Of a stretch of 64,000 nucleotides of DNA, positions 1 through 17,499 are shown piece after piece. The notes below the pieces were generated by a model, which ran no database searches, was not told where the DNA came from, and was given only the letters and a program-made list of their open reading frames with translations. Position 1 is the first letter of the stretch, and every line of letters begins with the position of its first letter. The stretch comes from Eledone cirrhosa. Its lineage: Eukaryota. The stretch covers positions 264,554,001 through 264,618,000 of the forward strand of contig OZ024743.1 in NCBI GenBank assembly GCA_964016885.1. The letters run 5' to 3'. The position numbers were made by a program, and so were the translations under genes.

Positions 1-818
1 GATTTAGAGGAGAAGAGAGAGGGAGATAGGGAGAAAGAAAGAAGGAAAGAGACAGAGTGAAAGATAGCAGCGTATACTTGAAACGGTCAAATATTAATAA
101 TTAATGTCGTTCGAAAAACAAAAAATATTTCGCGATTAAAACACCAAAACAAAGTGAAAACAAATGATATCAACATGAAATATAAAAGGAGACAAAATAA
201 ATAAATAAAAATAAATTAATGAAACCCAAATAAACTAAAGATATAGAATCGCGAAAGATTTATATAAGTTGATTTTAACTGCAGGTATCGGCTTGTTTAC
301 AAATATAAACAACGGATACCGTATATATATATCGTGAAACGTAGTTATCACAATATCAATATATCAAAAACATTAACAAATATATATGCTCACTGAGTTA
401 AAAATGAAAATAAAATTATATTAAATCACGTTACGCAAAATAAAATAAAATTAGATTACGTTACGTTACGTAACTAGCTTTCTATATTATGTATGACAGA
501 CCAAAGAAAGCACGTGTGTGTGTCTCGTTTTTTAGAATATAATCAAACAGCGAAAATAAACCCATTTAAAACGCTAGGATACGTAAAGTAATCGCGTCAA
601 AATACAGATACTTATCTTTTACGAGGTTTTGTGTTAATTCTAGGGAATTAGCACAGCAAAATCTTCCTGATTTCTGTCGATTTAAATTTCAAATCTCGCG
701 GTAAGGGAAAACACGACCAAACAACAAGTTGCCAAGCCTATATACCTATATATATATATGTGTATACAATTAGACATCAACCATTAGTAGAATTATATAT
801 ATATATGTATATATACAA

Positions 819-2690
819 CTAGACATCAACAATTACTACTCCTCTATCTCTCCCATAGTCCTGAACAAGGCACTCATATTCACGATCAATAGGACAGACT
901 TAACATGCGACGAGGTCCGAATCATACACGCCGCCAGAAAGACCCTGATCCGATTCAGTGGGGACATATGGACCCGGAGCGACTGGTCAAGTAATTTTGG
1001 CATTACAATGGGCTCCAGTGACTCTGCGCAACTAACGGTGTTGGTTGGGATATACATACTCTACGAGATCAGGAGAGAAATACCCAACCTGGGTGGCGGG
1101 CTGTACCGAGACGACACACTCTTCACCGTAGTGGACAAGAGCACCACAATGGTCGAAAATATGAAGAGGAGAATTAGGCACTTCTTTACCAAGGTAGGAC
1201 TTAAAGTAGAGATGAAACCCAATAGAAAAGTAGTGAATTTCCTGGACACCACGCTCAACCTCAACACCAAGCTACACCACCCATATCATAAACCCAATGA
1301 CGAGCTGGTGTATATCAACGCTGGGTCCAAGCACCCTAGATCTATAGTTAAGGCCGTAGATAAGAGTGTCTCTGACAGGATCTCTAACTTGTCGGCCAAT
1401 AAAGAGATCTTCAATAGTAACGCTGATTACTATACCTCAGCGCTAGCTAAGGCATCCCACAGCCATAGGATCAGCTATAACCCTAAGGGACATGATCGAG
1501 ATGACCCAAGGGTACCCCGGACCAATAGCCTCAGGGGCATGAGTCGCCCACCTAATACCTCGGTGACCAGTAGTAACACTTCCAGACCCCTATCCGTCAC
1601 CACCCAAGATATAATGTCCCCCATACCGCACCGGTCTAATACCTACAACGCTGAAGACCACTGTGCTGCGGAGAATAGGCACCCCTGCACCGGCCCCAAC
1701 ACCCGCCGAACCCTAATTGAGCAGGGAGGCCGCACCTCGCAGGTTTATAGCCCTACGGTGGGTCCATAAAACCCTCATGATAGTGACCGCTCCGCACACA
1801 AGAGTGATACCAACCGAGCTCGACCTGAGCTGTGCACAACCAGGCGATGGACCACGGCAGACACCCAACAACCCCTCAGGAATAGGACCAGGAAGGTCAC
1901 ATGGTATAACCCTCCGTACTCGGTGGGTCTACGTACCAGCCTGGCTAGAACATTCTTTAGAGTACTGGATAAATGTTTCCCTAGGGCCCACAAGTACCAT
2001 AAAATATTCAACAGGCACACGGTGAAACTTTCCTACTCAACCATATGCTCCGTAGCCCAGCACATAGCTGGCATAAATAGGAATAGGCTCACTGCCTCTA
2101 ATACCACCGTAAACCCCGGAGCCACCCAACTGAATCAGCACGCGGTACGCACCAGACCCAGGACAGGCCCAAATAGCACACCGGAGCCCAACTACCCTGT
2201 GCTGATTGCGGCGGCTACCCAGTCAACCCCGAGTGATGGTAACCACGCGGTACATGTGGTAGGGCTTAAGAAGTCATGTAATTGCATAGACCCATCACTA
2301 TGCCGCCTTAGTAATGAATGCATGACGAAAAAGGTAGTCTACAGGTGCAAGGTCACAAACCCTAACTCGGAGCCCCACTACATAGGTTCCACAGAGACGA
2401 GATTCAAAGATAAGTGGTATAACCATCGCCACTCCTTTAACAGAATAGATAAGAGGAAATGTACGGCCCTTTCTGAATTGATCTGGAAGCTCAAACTTGA
2501 AAAGACCCCGCACTCTCTGGTCTGGTCCGTGGTTAGAAAGGTTCCCCCAGACAGAGGCCGGTCTGGTATTTGCAACCTCTGTCTTAGTGAGACACTCGAG
2601 ATACTTCATGGCGGAACCAAGCTATTAAACAGAAGGACTTATTCGGTGCCTGCAGACACCTAAGGACGGGAACTTTCCTCAAGCTATATG
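819..2690 (+). mobile_element. 5'-truncated, frameshifted Penelope-like element (RT C-terminal half + GIY-YIG endonuclease)
   Basis: RT motifs DINNYY (819), MGSSDSA, GLYRDD and VNFLD in ORF 1008-1769. ORF 1923-2663 has CNCx5Cx5C, VVY..C...HYIGST..RFKDKWYNH and CNLCLSE. Starts next to a TA run. Confidence 0.92.
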
Positions 2691-3589
2691 GATAAACCCC
2701 GGTTAGGGTCTCCCAATACGCCCCCCACCCCCTCTGTAGGTCCCCTACTCCCTGCTCCAATGACCAATGGACAACAACAACCACACAACAACCACCCATA
2801 GTTTGTGGTCCCTATGTTGGATGGTCCACCGGATCCTCTACTGGTTAGGAGTCATCAAAACGACGTTTTATTGAACCTGAGGAACCCCCGGGAGCGGCCC
2901 ACACAGGAAGAAAAATTATCCCAAGGTACTAACCCTATACGCATGAATGAGTGCCCGTAACTGTGAATTGTGTGTGTATACTGGGACTGCGTGAATGTAC
3001 ACACTCATGTGAACGCAACGTAATACTAATACCCCAGGTTGTATTGATAAATGTTCGAGTGTATGCTTAAGAGTATATTTGTATATACTCTCTTGTATGA
3101 GTGCACATGTGTATATAGACATACACGCACATCCAGAAGTATAAAAGTGTGAGTGGCTATATATGTCTGTACTAAGGGATTCGCCTAAGCTCCAAAGCCC
3201 CCAAGCTATTGCTGTGAAGATATATATCACACTCTACCTTTGTCTAGTCTAAACAATAACTTTTCCAAACACCCACTTTACTTTTCTTTAAAAATAACAC
3301 CCACCTAGTTTTATGTCTGCCTTATACTTGAATTTGGGGGCCTCTGTTTTATATAAATATGCCCTTGTGCGTACATATATATATACACACACCTGTATGG
3401 ATTTGTGTGTGTAGATGTGTGAGTGTCTGACGGGGTAGGTGTGAGTGTATGTACAATTAAACCAAAATAATTTTTTTATTTCTAAATTTTCTAAACAATC
3501 TAAGTATTTGACTCTAACATTTATTTTAAGAATTACCAACCCACATTAATTCCTCAATTTGTATGTGTGGATGTGTGTGTGTGTCCATG

Positions 3590-7443
<3,854 letters not shown>

Positions 7444-7463
7444 TTATTAAAATAACAGATTCA

Positions 7464-7514
7464 AGTTTAAGCAAAGAATCGCTGCTTTCACCCTTAACGG
7501 GATCTTCTGAAACT
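7464..7514 (-). ncRNA. Type I hammerhead-like fold with variant core CAGAAGA (copy 1)
   Basis: Minus strand: agttt CAGAAGA tccc gttaa gggt GAAA gcag cgattct ttgc TT aaact. All three stems pair; U4 is replaced by A. Confidence 0.6.
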
Positions 7515-8559
7515 AGACAAGTACATATGTTGTTGAGGTGTATCATTTTGGTTCCTGGTTGGGTTGTTATTTCACTGAGGAACTGGAATCATATGAATTC
7601 AAACAAACGAATTTCAGTGTCAAAGGGCCTCTTCTCCACTCATTGGTCAGTTGTTAGAACATTCCTCATTCAAAAGTCTATAGAAATTCTTTCTGAGGCA
7701 AGCCAATCTGTAGTTGTTGTTCTTGTTATTCTTAGGTACATCTGACCTCAATTCTTGTGTTGGTAGTATTGTTATTGTTGGAGTTAGCTTAAAAAATTGA
7801 TAAAGTGGTAGAAGAAACAAGGTGGTAAAAGAACAAAATAACAAAAAAATGTCAAACTTCCCATTGGTCAATTTTGAGAGCATTCCTCAGTCAGAAGTCT
7901 ATAGAAATTATTTCTGGTGTGAGGCTCCCTGTAGTGTTTGTGTTTGCTATTGTTAAGTACATTTGACCTCTACCCTTATTTCGGTAGTGTTGTTGGTGTT
8001 GTGGTCAGCTTATGTCTTGCTGCTGCTGACAATTTAGAAATATCTGTGTGTGTTTTTTCATCCCTCCTGCCACCATCCCCCGTGGTGGTGGTGGTGGTGT
8101 GGGGAGGGGGGGGGGGGGGTTCAGACAGCAGGTATATGAAGAAATATTGTGAAAAAGTAATGAAAATGAATATAGAGAAGTGAAAAATGAAATGAAGATT
8201 CAAATAAAGTAGGATAAAGTGTGTGCGTGCTATAACCAATCTCAAGGTCAGAAATATGTTGGATAGATTGGTATGAGGGACAAAATGTTAAGATAATAAA
8301 AGAATAAGATAATCAAACAAAATGTGTTTGTGTTATAATCAATCTCAACTTTAAAATAAATATAAGGTGATACAGTGGAGAGAACAGAAAACAAATAACA
8401 AATTAATTAAGAGAAATCAAGTTTTTAAATTGAAAATTGAAAATCAGAAATCAAGTAAATTAAAATGTGTTTGTGTTATATAGATGTTGGCCAAATTATA
8501 ATGGCTGTGTCCGATTCAATCTCTAGGCTATCATGGTGCCTGCTCAGCCTGGATTGTTC

Positions 8560-10351
8560 CCTATGGCTTGAGGGGAGGTCTCAACCTAGGGTGTTGTTAT
8601 TACTGCCCATATAGTTTGAGGGAGGTCTGGCGGAGAGGTGTCTACATGTTCTGGAGAAGTCCCTATAGCTTGAGGGGAGTTCACATCTTCTTGTGTTGCT
8701 ACTGTCCATGTATCTTGAGGAAGGTCCCGGCTCTAAGGTGCCTGCATGTCCCGAAGAAGTCGGTTCTGAGGTTTAACAGGCCACTTCCACCTCTTAGTAT
8801 CTCGAGGGTCTCGTTTAGGCATAGTTTGCATATGTATAGAACTAGACCCAAATAGGAAGGTAGTTAACTTCCTAGACACCACCCTAAACCTGAACACCGA
8901 ACAATACTACCCTACCCCAAGCCCAGCGAGAAACTCGTGTATGTTAACGCCAAATCAAACCACCATAGATCCATAATCAAGGCAGTGGTGAAGAGTGTCT
9001 CGGACAGGATCTCCAGCCTGTCCGCAAGTAAGAAATATTCGATAACTACGCGGAATATTACAACGCAGCTCTAAATAAGGCGGCACATGGCCAAAATATA
9101 ACATATAGTCCGAAACGCCGGGATGGGGATGGCCCAACGGACACCCACACCTGCGTTGCCCGGGGGGTGGGTGGCTAACCCTAGCAATTCAGGCAGAGCA
9201 GAAACAAATAGGCGCCATGTGCCCGACACCACCACACGGGCTTTGGTGACTAGTACGCTTAACCATTAGATGAAACCCAATATGAGTAGCAGTCTCAGGG
9301 GTGACACTAACCACCCAGGACCGACGACCCCAACCGCAGGACACGTGGGGGGGGGGGGGGGTACCCACGCACGATAGATCTCCCAGCGCAGGCAACAACC
9401 ACCCCACAGATTCGGGCCGTTAAGATAAGAAAAAGCATAGCGCCCAAAGGAGAAACAACAGTGCGGGAACTACCAGCAACCCAACAAATCTCCAACAAAT
9501 CACGACGCCCCCGACCCACACATATAGGAGGAGACACAGAAAAATCACGTTGTACAACCCACCCTACTCAGCGGCCCTAAAGAGCAGTTTGGCCCGATCA
9601 TTCTTTGGAGCACTTGATAAATGCTTCTCGAGGGACCATAGATACCACAGGATCTTCACCAGCTGTGAAGCTCTTGTATTCCACCACGAGAAATCTAGCC
9701 CAACACATAGCTAGCATCAACACGCGTAGGCTTAAAAACCACACACAACCAGAAGATGGCAATACAAGCACTCAGCAGAACCATGTGAAAGGAGGGAAGG
9801 GGGAACCCAGAGCCCACCCAAGAAACCCAAACAGACCCGGGTACCCCCCACCGTGCATGGGGGAAGACCACCATGTAACACCTAACGGGGACCCCAATCT
9901 AGGCATGCAGAGGTCGACCACCCTCTGCAACTGCAGAAACCCCGAATCATGCCCCCTTAGTAATGAATGCCTTAAGAAGAACCTAGTATACGGTTGTAGG
10001 GTTAAAACCCCCAAATCCGAACACCTCTACATAGGAGCCACATCAACGAGCTTTAAAGACCGCTGGTACAACCATCGCCATTCATTCAATAAGGAGGACA
10101 AAAGGAAAAGCAAGGCTCTCTCCGACCTGATCTGGAAGCTTAAGCTGGACAGGACCCCGTACTCTCTGGCCTGGTACTTAATCAGGAAAGTAACACACGA
10201 TAAAGGGGGATCTTGCATATGCAAACTATGCCTGAACGAGACTCTCGAGATACTAAGAGGTGGAAGCGGCCTGATAAAACTCAGAACCGACTTCTTCGGG
10301 ACATGCAGACACCTTAGAGCCGGGACCTTCCTCAAGATATATGGACAGTAG
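8560..10351 (+). mobile_element. Penelope-like element, 5'-truncated, preceded by an inverted copy of its own 3' end (8560-8840)
   Basis: VVNFLD at about 8858. GIY-YIG ORF 9605-10351 (CNCRNPESCPLSNEC, LYIGATS, CKLCLNE). 8695-8835 is the reverse complement of 10215-10355. Confidence 0.9.
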
Positions 10352-10354
10352 CAA

Positions 10355-12306
10355 CCTTAAGGTAGATAAGAAGCTATAATCTCTAGCTAAGCGGGAGGCG
10401 TTCCTCACCCTGAAAGATCACAAGGTAGACTTTACTTCTAACCCCACATGTAGACTAATAAACCCGGCACGCCCAGATATGGGACTAGTCAGTAAGGTCA
10501 TACTTAGAAGCATAGTTAAGACCATTAGGACCAAGTCTAACCTGCCCCAGTGGGAGAACAGCGACTCCGTAATTAAGTGGTTTAACTCCTTAAAATCCAA
10601 AAAAGCGAAGTTCACACAGTTTGACATTATCGATTTTTACCCGTGGATCTCAGAGAACCTGTTAAACAAAGCATTGCACTTCGCTACCACTTTTAGCACC
10701 GTCGATGGTTTAGACAAGGAAAGCATCGCTCACTGCCGGAAAACCCTCCTCTTCAACGACGGAGTAGCCTGGGCAAAGAAGTCTACATCTTCAGACCTGT
10801 TCGACGTCTTCAGGGGATCGTTTGACAGTGCTGACGTATGTGACGTGGTTGGCCTTTTTATCTTAGACATATTACGTGTTAGCTTCCCAGACTTCCACAC
10901 GGGAATATACCGTGACGATGGACTGATTTTATCGAGCCATACAAGTTGTCACGACCTCGACCGGTTTAAAAAAGACTTAGCTTCTACCTTCAATCAGTTA
11001 GGCCTTAGGATAACAGTAGCCACCAACCTCTCTAGCGTAGATTTCTTAGACATTAATTTAGACCTTCGCACACACACGCACAGACCCTTCAATACGCTAA
11101 ACGAGAAACTTAATTACATTCACAAGGACTCATGCCACCCTCCCACTGTTTTTAGAAACTTCGTTAAGAATATCGGTACTAGAATCTCAAACCTCTCCTC
11201 TAATAAGGCTATCTTTGACAGGGTGGCACCCTACTATAACACGGCGTTGGCTAACAGCGGCTTCTCACAACCTATCACTTACTCTCCCACTACCAACAAC
11301 ACCATTAAGAAAAGTTAGCGCAACAATAGACAAACTATATGGGTCTCTCCTCCCTTCTCACTCAAAGTTAAAACCACTGTATGAAAAAATGTCTAGCCCT
11401 CTTAGATAGACACTTTCCCATAGCTTATAAATACCGCTCCATCTTTAAACGACACAAAGTTAAACTAGAATACTCCTGCGCTAAGAACATGAAGGCCCAC
11501 ATCACCAGCAGCCCTTGGCGCAACACCCCATCAGGGTGCTCTTGCCGTAAGCCTGAAGCTTGCCCCCTTCAACACCAATGCAACACACCAGCTGTAATCT
11601 ATGAAGCTGTGGTCACTTCCAACCGACCAAACGAACCACAGGATGTCAAATCCTATGTGGGCATGGCGGAGGGCCGATTCAAAGAGCGTTTCCTGAACCA
11701 CCAGTCTACCTTCAGATACCCGGACAGAACGTTCATCCACGAAACTTGCGTCTCACGTATAGTCCCTCAAGGACTCAAGTATTGGCTACTTCTTTCAAAA
11801 GAAAGCCATCACTAAGTCCAAACCATACGCAAGGGGAAATCCGACGGGTGGCTTATGTATTGACGAACGAATAACTATCCTAAAGAGACTACGCAATAGT
11901 GATTGCCTAAACACGAGAAGTGAATTTTTCACACGCTGTCTACACGTCACCAAACATCTATTGCATAAATACAAGGTTCCGGACTGATTCTTTGTAATTT
12001 TATATTTAATTTTATTTTAATTTTATTTTCAACCTAAAAACTTTCCGGACTTTCGCAGTTATCTCCCTTACACCACTCGCACGCAGTCTAGTATTGCCTG
12101 TGTGAAGTGACCGAGTTTCTGCGCATGCGCGTTCGTACGGTTGTCCCTCCTGTTCCTATAACCATACACATCCCGAGCTGAAGATCCGCTAAGGTGAAAC
12201 AATTGTTCTCGGTATGGTGAACTAACTGTTGTGTAACCACATCTACCTAACTCGTCCCAAGGACTGAGTGCTCTACCACTACGGATATTACCTTCCAGTG
12301 TTCTAC

Positions 12307-12310
<4 letters not shown>
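10355..12310 (+). mobile_element. Penelope-like element (RT + GIY-YIG, frameshifted) with 3' pseudo-LTR
   Basis: LTLKDHK..CRLINP, QFDIIDFYP, GIYRDDG and VDFLD (ORF 10479-11318); CSCx5Cx5C and VIY..SYVG (ORF 11381-11815); HHR downstream; ends at (TA)n. Confidence 0.93.
12173..12212 (+). ncRNA. Minimal type I hammerhead ribozyme in Penelope pLTR
   Basis: ccgag CTGAAGA tcc gctaa ggt GAAA caattg TT ctcgg; palindromic stem III (CAATTG); predicted GUU cleavage site. Confidence 0.88.
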
Positions 12311-12350
<40 letters not shown>

Positions 12351-12665
12351 TTATATATATATACGATATTAACAAATGGAAACTATATTTATAAAACCAT
12401 ATTTATTTCATTATACATATTTCAAGGATACCAAGTTAAATTATATATATATATACCAAGTTAAATTATATATATATATTTTATATAAGCTCGGCTATTC
12501 ATATACCAGGATAAACATTTTTCATTTAGTCCAGAATTAGCCGTCGAAACGGCTTGAGCTCAGCCGTCGGGGTCTTACTTGTTTCTATTACCCACTCTAC
12601 TACCCTAAGTATTGAGTACTTTGGTGCGTTATGGTCCACCTGGTTCCATACCACAATTCCTTCGT

Positions 12666-12776
<111 letters not shown>

Positions 12777-14654
12777 TGTGTGTATGTGTGTAAGTATACA
12801 TATATATATATACATGCGTGAGTGTGTCGGCGTGTGTCAGCGTATGTCCATGTACATATAACAGCAATTTCCTGGAAAACTAATAATTTAAGAACTTATG
12901 CATTATATAGTAAATATTTATGGCCATGTGGAATGTCTTTGGAGTTTTATACTGTGCATAAGATAGAAGTTAAAAATTGAAAATTATTATTATTATTAAT
13001 AATAATATTAATAATAATAATAATCGATTATGCCATATAACTATATTGGTGAGAATATGTAACATGTGGGAATGTGACGTTTGTTTTGATGTTTTACGTT
13101 AGTTTGTACTTTCGCTTGAAGTCAGAAACAGATAATTTATAATTGACTCACTACGTGATAAGATAAATGAGAAGTGCTGCGGAAGAAAATTGCCGCTCAT
13201 TTCAGAGAATAAACTTGCAGCAGGAAATGCAAATGATATTTTATTTTGCGCATGGGTTGGCATAAGACATACGTGATTCGAAATAGTCAATAAAACATTT
13301 TGGAAATGGGAGACAAATCCTAATGTACGTTAAAGAACATGGATAATGCTTTTTTTTGCTTTTTCATTTAACACAACTTGACAGATGCGTCTCCCTCTCT
13401 CTCTCTATCTCTCTCTCTCTCCCTCTTTCTCTCTCTCTCTCTCTCACTCTCTTTCTCTCACTTTCTCCCCCTCTCTCACTTTTTTTTTTTTTTTTGCTAA
13501 TGCTACAAATTGCTGTATGGCAGATTTAACAACTAATATTAAAATATTTCAAAAACTTACGTACTTGTTATGTGGCTGCGCTTCTAAAATGTGAAATATC
13601 AATCTTATTGAGTCTTCACCTGTTCCAGATACCGTGCTAATGTTAATAAAAAGCTTGCTAGTTTGAATAATTTTACTTCCTGTGTCAACATGTCAATTCT
13701 TTAAATGTAATTAACTTGTCAACAACATGGAAAGGTTATCACACTATTACTGTGTTTTTCAGTACAACATATAGGAAAAACAAAAAAAAATAGACATGAG
13801 GTGATATATATTTGGAGAAAGTCAGTAACGCAAATATATTTACCAATTCGATAGGAGAGCTGAAACAGTAGAGTACCGGTTTAGAAACGCTTTGGAAGAT
13901 TATGATTTTCTGACTTCGAATCTCACTGGGATCAAATTTGTCTGACTGATGTTGTTGTTATTTAGCTACATGTTATTGCTAACTACATAAGACTATGACT
14001 AAGAAACTTCATCACGTCTCCTTTATATGTGGCTCTACATTTGTAAACACGGCCTACTTTTATTGATGGAATTTAGGTGAAATGTCTAACAATTTTTAAT
14101 CACAGAATGAAAGGCAGAGCCCATTTCATATTTCAGAATAGCTTCGTCTGATATAAGGAAGATACTAGAGAGAATTATTCTTAGAGCGGAGACGTGGGCC
14201 ATATGCTTGTAATAATGTGATCTTCGCTAAGACCAGTTGGATTTATCTAGGTAATAAATTTATTTACCATTCAAGAATAGAACTATCCACTCTCGACAGA
14301 TTCTCACTCAAAGAATTTCACACACAAGTGTTAGAAGTCGAAATTGTGATCGATTCCTTCACATGTTAAGACTATTCTTTCTAAACAAAATGGAAGAATA
14401 ATTGAGTGGAACAAACTCAATTGAACACTTATAAAGTGTCATACTTGAAGTAAATGAAAACAATGTGATTATATGAACAGATTTCTTTTTATGTGGCTCA
14501 AATCTGTAGGTTCGATATGAATAAGCAAATAGGGAGAGTCTGGACCAAGCATAAATAATTGAACGCAGTGGATGAGAAAAATGAAAATCATGGTCTAGAA
14601 TGTAGCGTTTAGAATTGAAGGAGAAATTTATCATGGTGCAGATGGATTAGATAA

Positions 14655-14708
14655 TAATTGTTTCTACGTTAGGCACAAGGCCAGCAATTACCCAGTGCAT
14701 TACTGGTT
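14655..14708 (-). mobile_element. SINE 3' tail fragment
   Basis: Reverse complement of the ccagtaatgcactgggtaattgctggccttgtgcc..gtagaaacaattat tail seen at 43590-43643. Confidence 0.8.
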
Positions 14709-14719
14709 AATAATAAAGA

Positions 14720-14980
14720 CTAGACCGCCTGTGACCCATTGGGTCACGTTCACTTTCCAAATATTTAAAAAAAATCATTTTCACTTAAATATAATTTTTA
14801 AATAATTAGAATATACACAGACATGTATATAATGTGAAATGAAACGGGAAGGCCCGTATATATATGTGCGTGTATGTATATATACAAATATGTATGTATA
14901 TATATGCGTGTCGGGGGTCTCTGATCTATATACATAGGTCATAGACACACACACATATATATATATACACACACTCACAT

Positions 14981-15015
<35 letters not shown>

Positions 15016-15113
15016 CAAAAACACCACCAGCGTTTTCTCTCTTCCATTCTCCTTCTCTGTCTCCTCTCCCGCTCTCTTTGTCTCTCTTTCAATCTACTCT
15101 CTCTCTCTTTCAA

Positions 15114-15183
<70 letters not shown>

Positions 15184-15270
15184 GAAGGTACCCGGAAAAA
15201 CCCGTTTCTTGGGAACCCGTGCTCCGATTCACGCGAAATTTGTTTTATTCCATTTCTATTCCCATTTCAG
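14720..15270 (-). mobile_element. Non-autonomous Helitron (3' end clear, 5' boundary uncertain)
   Basis: Minus strand: hairpin gtgaccc-aat-gggtcac, then 7 nt, then terminal CTAG followed by T; internal microsatellites. Confidence 0.6.
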
Positions 15271-16419
15271 GGTCAACTTCCATTCAAAGTCATTTATCTA
15301 AGTGAAGACGTACATGCAGCTCCAATGGAGGAAATCAAAGCTTAGAATGACAGAGTTAGGCGATTAAAAAACAGAGAGTAGTGAATCTGGTTGAATTAGT
15401 AAACAATGGAGAATAAATTAAAAGAGATTATACTATACACTTGTCAAAATAAACCAAAGGTATAAATGATGTTCTTGAAATTATAAGAATTCAGAACAAA
15501 ACTGAAGCTAAAAATCGTAGGGGAAATCATAGGCTACACTCCAGGGGAATGCCAAAAATTGTTTTTTTCAGTAATTATTTGTTAGATCCCCCAAATACAT
15601 AAAAATGGCCCTAACCCTTGAAATCGAATATGTTGACCAATATTTTTGTCTTAGGTATTACTCATTGTTGCACATTTACATGTTATGATTATTTTTTATT
15701 TGTATACGTGTGAAAGCAGCTTGAGGGTTTTATGTTTTTCAAATATCTGGGCCACAGCAACATACCGTATTTACTTTATCTTTTGAATCAAACATCAGAA
15801 AACAACATCTACTCTTGGGTGTCACCGTCGGCCTTTTGTAATTTAATTGATTTACTGTGGTGTATACTTTCTTGGTTGTATTTACTAGCCACCTTGTTTT
15901 CCACCTTGTTTTCTTTAAGTTGCACAAGTAATTTATAGAACATTCCCATGTTTATTCTCAACGTCTTCTAGGAGTGTAATCCCTTCTAACCATTGTGGTT
16001 TTTATTCATTACTTCAATCTTCTCACGCAGCATGATAAAAACCAAGACGTATCCTCTTCTGAACGGAACTTGTTCAAAGTAGTCATTCTTATGTCTGTTA
16101 TTATTTTCGTTTGTGCACTTATCAGTGTTGATAATGTTCGTGTCATGACTGTTGTCGACTTTTACAAGAGATTTATATAAAATTATTATACGATAATATT
16201 ATTAGTATTAGGAAGATGGCAATAATGCAACAAAAATGAAAGCAAAATAATTACCTTTCCATCCATAATTTGGCTAGAATTTCAGAATAATAAGCTGGAA
16301 AAAATAATAAACCTAACGAATAATGAAATATATATAGGGAAAAACAAGAACATTTAGTGTGAGTTATAATATATCACGCTAAATGAGATGTAAACAATAT
16401 ATATATATATATATAAATG

Positions 16420-17269
16420 GAAATAATGAAACGAAATTTCATTTCTCACTCTTAGTACGGCTGTTACTTAAATATAAGTATGTATACGTACATACATATA
16501 TGTATACAGACGTATAGTAGTATGTATATATATACATACATGCACACACATATATATATGTACGTATGGATTCACCGAACATTTATTATAATGCTCGGTG
16601 TGTTTGTAAACAAACATCCCGAATTAAGCCGTGCAGTGTTTAGCAACCATCGTTGCGCTTTTGTTCAACACTGACAAAAGAACGATATACTAGTTTCAAG
16701 CTTATAAGCTATCGTCATAACCGTATACCTTCCTGCCAGATGTTTGAACCGAGCATTATAATAAATGTTCGGTGAATCCATGTATATATACATACTACTG
16801 CACGTCTGTATACATATATGTATGTACGTATACATACTTATATTTAAGTAACAGCCGTAATAAGGGTGAGAAATTAAATTTCGTTTCATGTTTTCAATTT
16901 ATCGTTTTCGGTGCTCCCGGCCGATTAACTCACTCGATATGCAAATTAGGCTGCCCAGCCGTTAATATGCATAAGGGAAATATATACTTTCAGACGTTCA
17001 ATCATCTGGCAGGAAGGTATACGATGCTGACGATAGCTAATAAGCTTGAAACTAGTACATCGTTCCTTTGTCAGTGTTGAACAAAATGGCAACGATGGTT
17101 GCTAAACACTGTACTGCTTAATTCGGGATGTTTGTTTACAAACACACCGAGCACTATAATAAATGTTCGGTGAATCCATACGTACATATATGTATATGTG
17201 TGAATGTATGTATATATATATACATACTACTGTACGTCTGTATAAATATATGTATGTACATATACATAC

Positions 17270-17335
<66 letters not shown>

Positions 17336-17340
17336 TAAGT
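16420..17340 (+). mobile_element. Non-coding HHR mini-element with inverted 5' arm and terminal redundancy (period about 400 nt)
   Basis: 16420-16749 is inverted relative to 16750-16890 and 16996-17270; cgagca.tataataaatgttcggtgaatcc occurs at 16750 and 17148; flanked by TA runs. Confidence 0.8.
17021..17063 (+). ncRNA. Minimal type I hammerhead ribozyme (mutated inverted copy at 16682-16724)
   Basis: acgatg CTGACGA t agct aata agct t GAAA ctag TA catcgt; GUA site; palindromic CTAG. Confidence 0.9.
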
Positions 17341-17499
17341 CGTTTGGAAGCCTCGACAATGCAAATGGGTAAATCTCCGGGTAACAAGATCCGGTGTTGG
17401 AGAGAGAGATGTAAGTGGGTGTACGTTGAGATGCGTGGCATATATAAGACGTGTAGAGGAATGAAAGAAAGGGCGTAAAGGATAAAATAAAAATAACAA

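Noticed and set aside
2876-2922. CTGAGGA...GAAA after the first Penelope ORF
   Set aside because: No convincing stems I or III.
12540-12575. GAAA-cggct..agccg-TC half hammerhead
   Set aside because: No CUGANGA or stem I upstream; at best a truncated relic.
15790-16175. Coding-looking stretch on the minus strand
   Set aside because: Needs a frameshift, has no recognisable domain and no clear splice sites.
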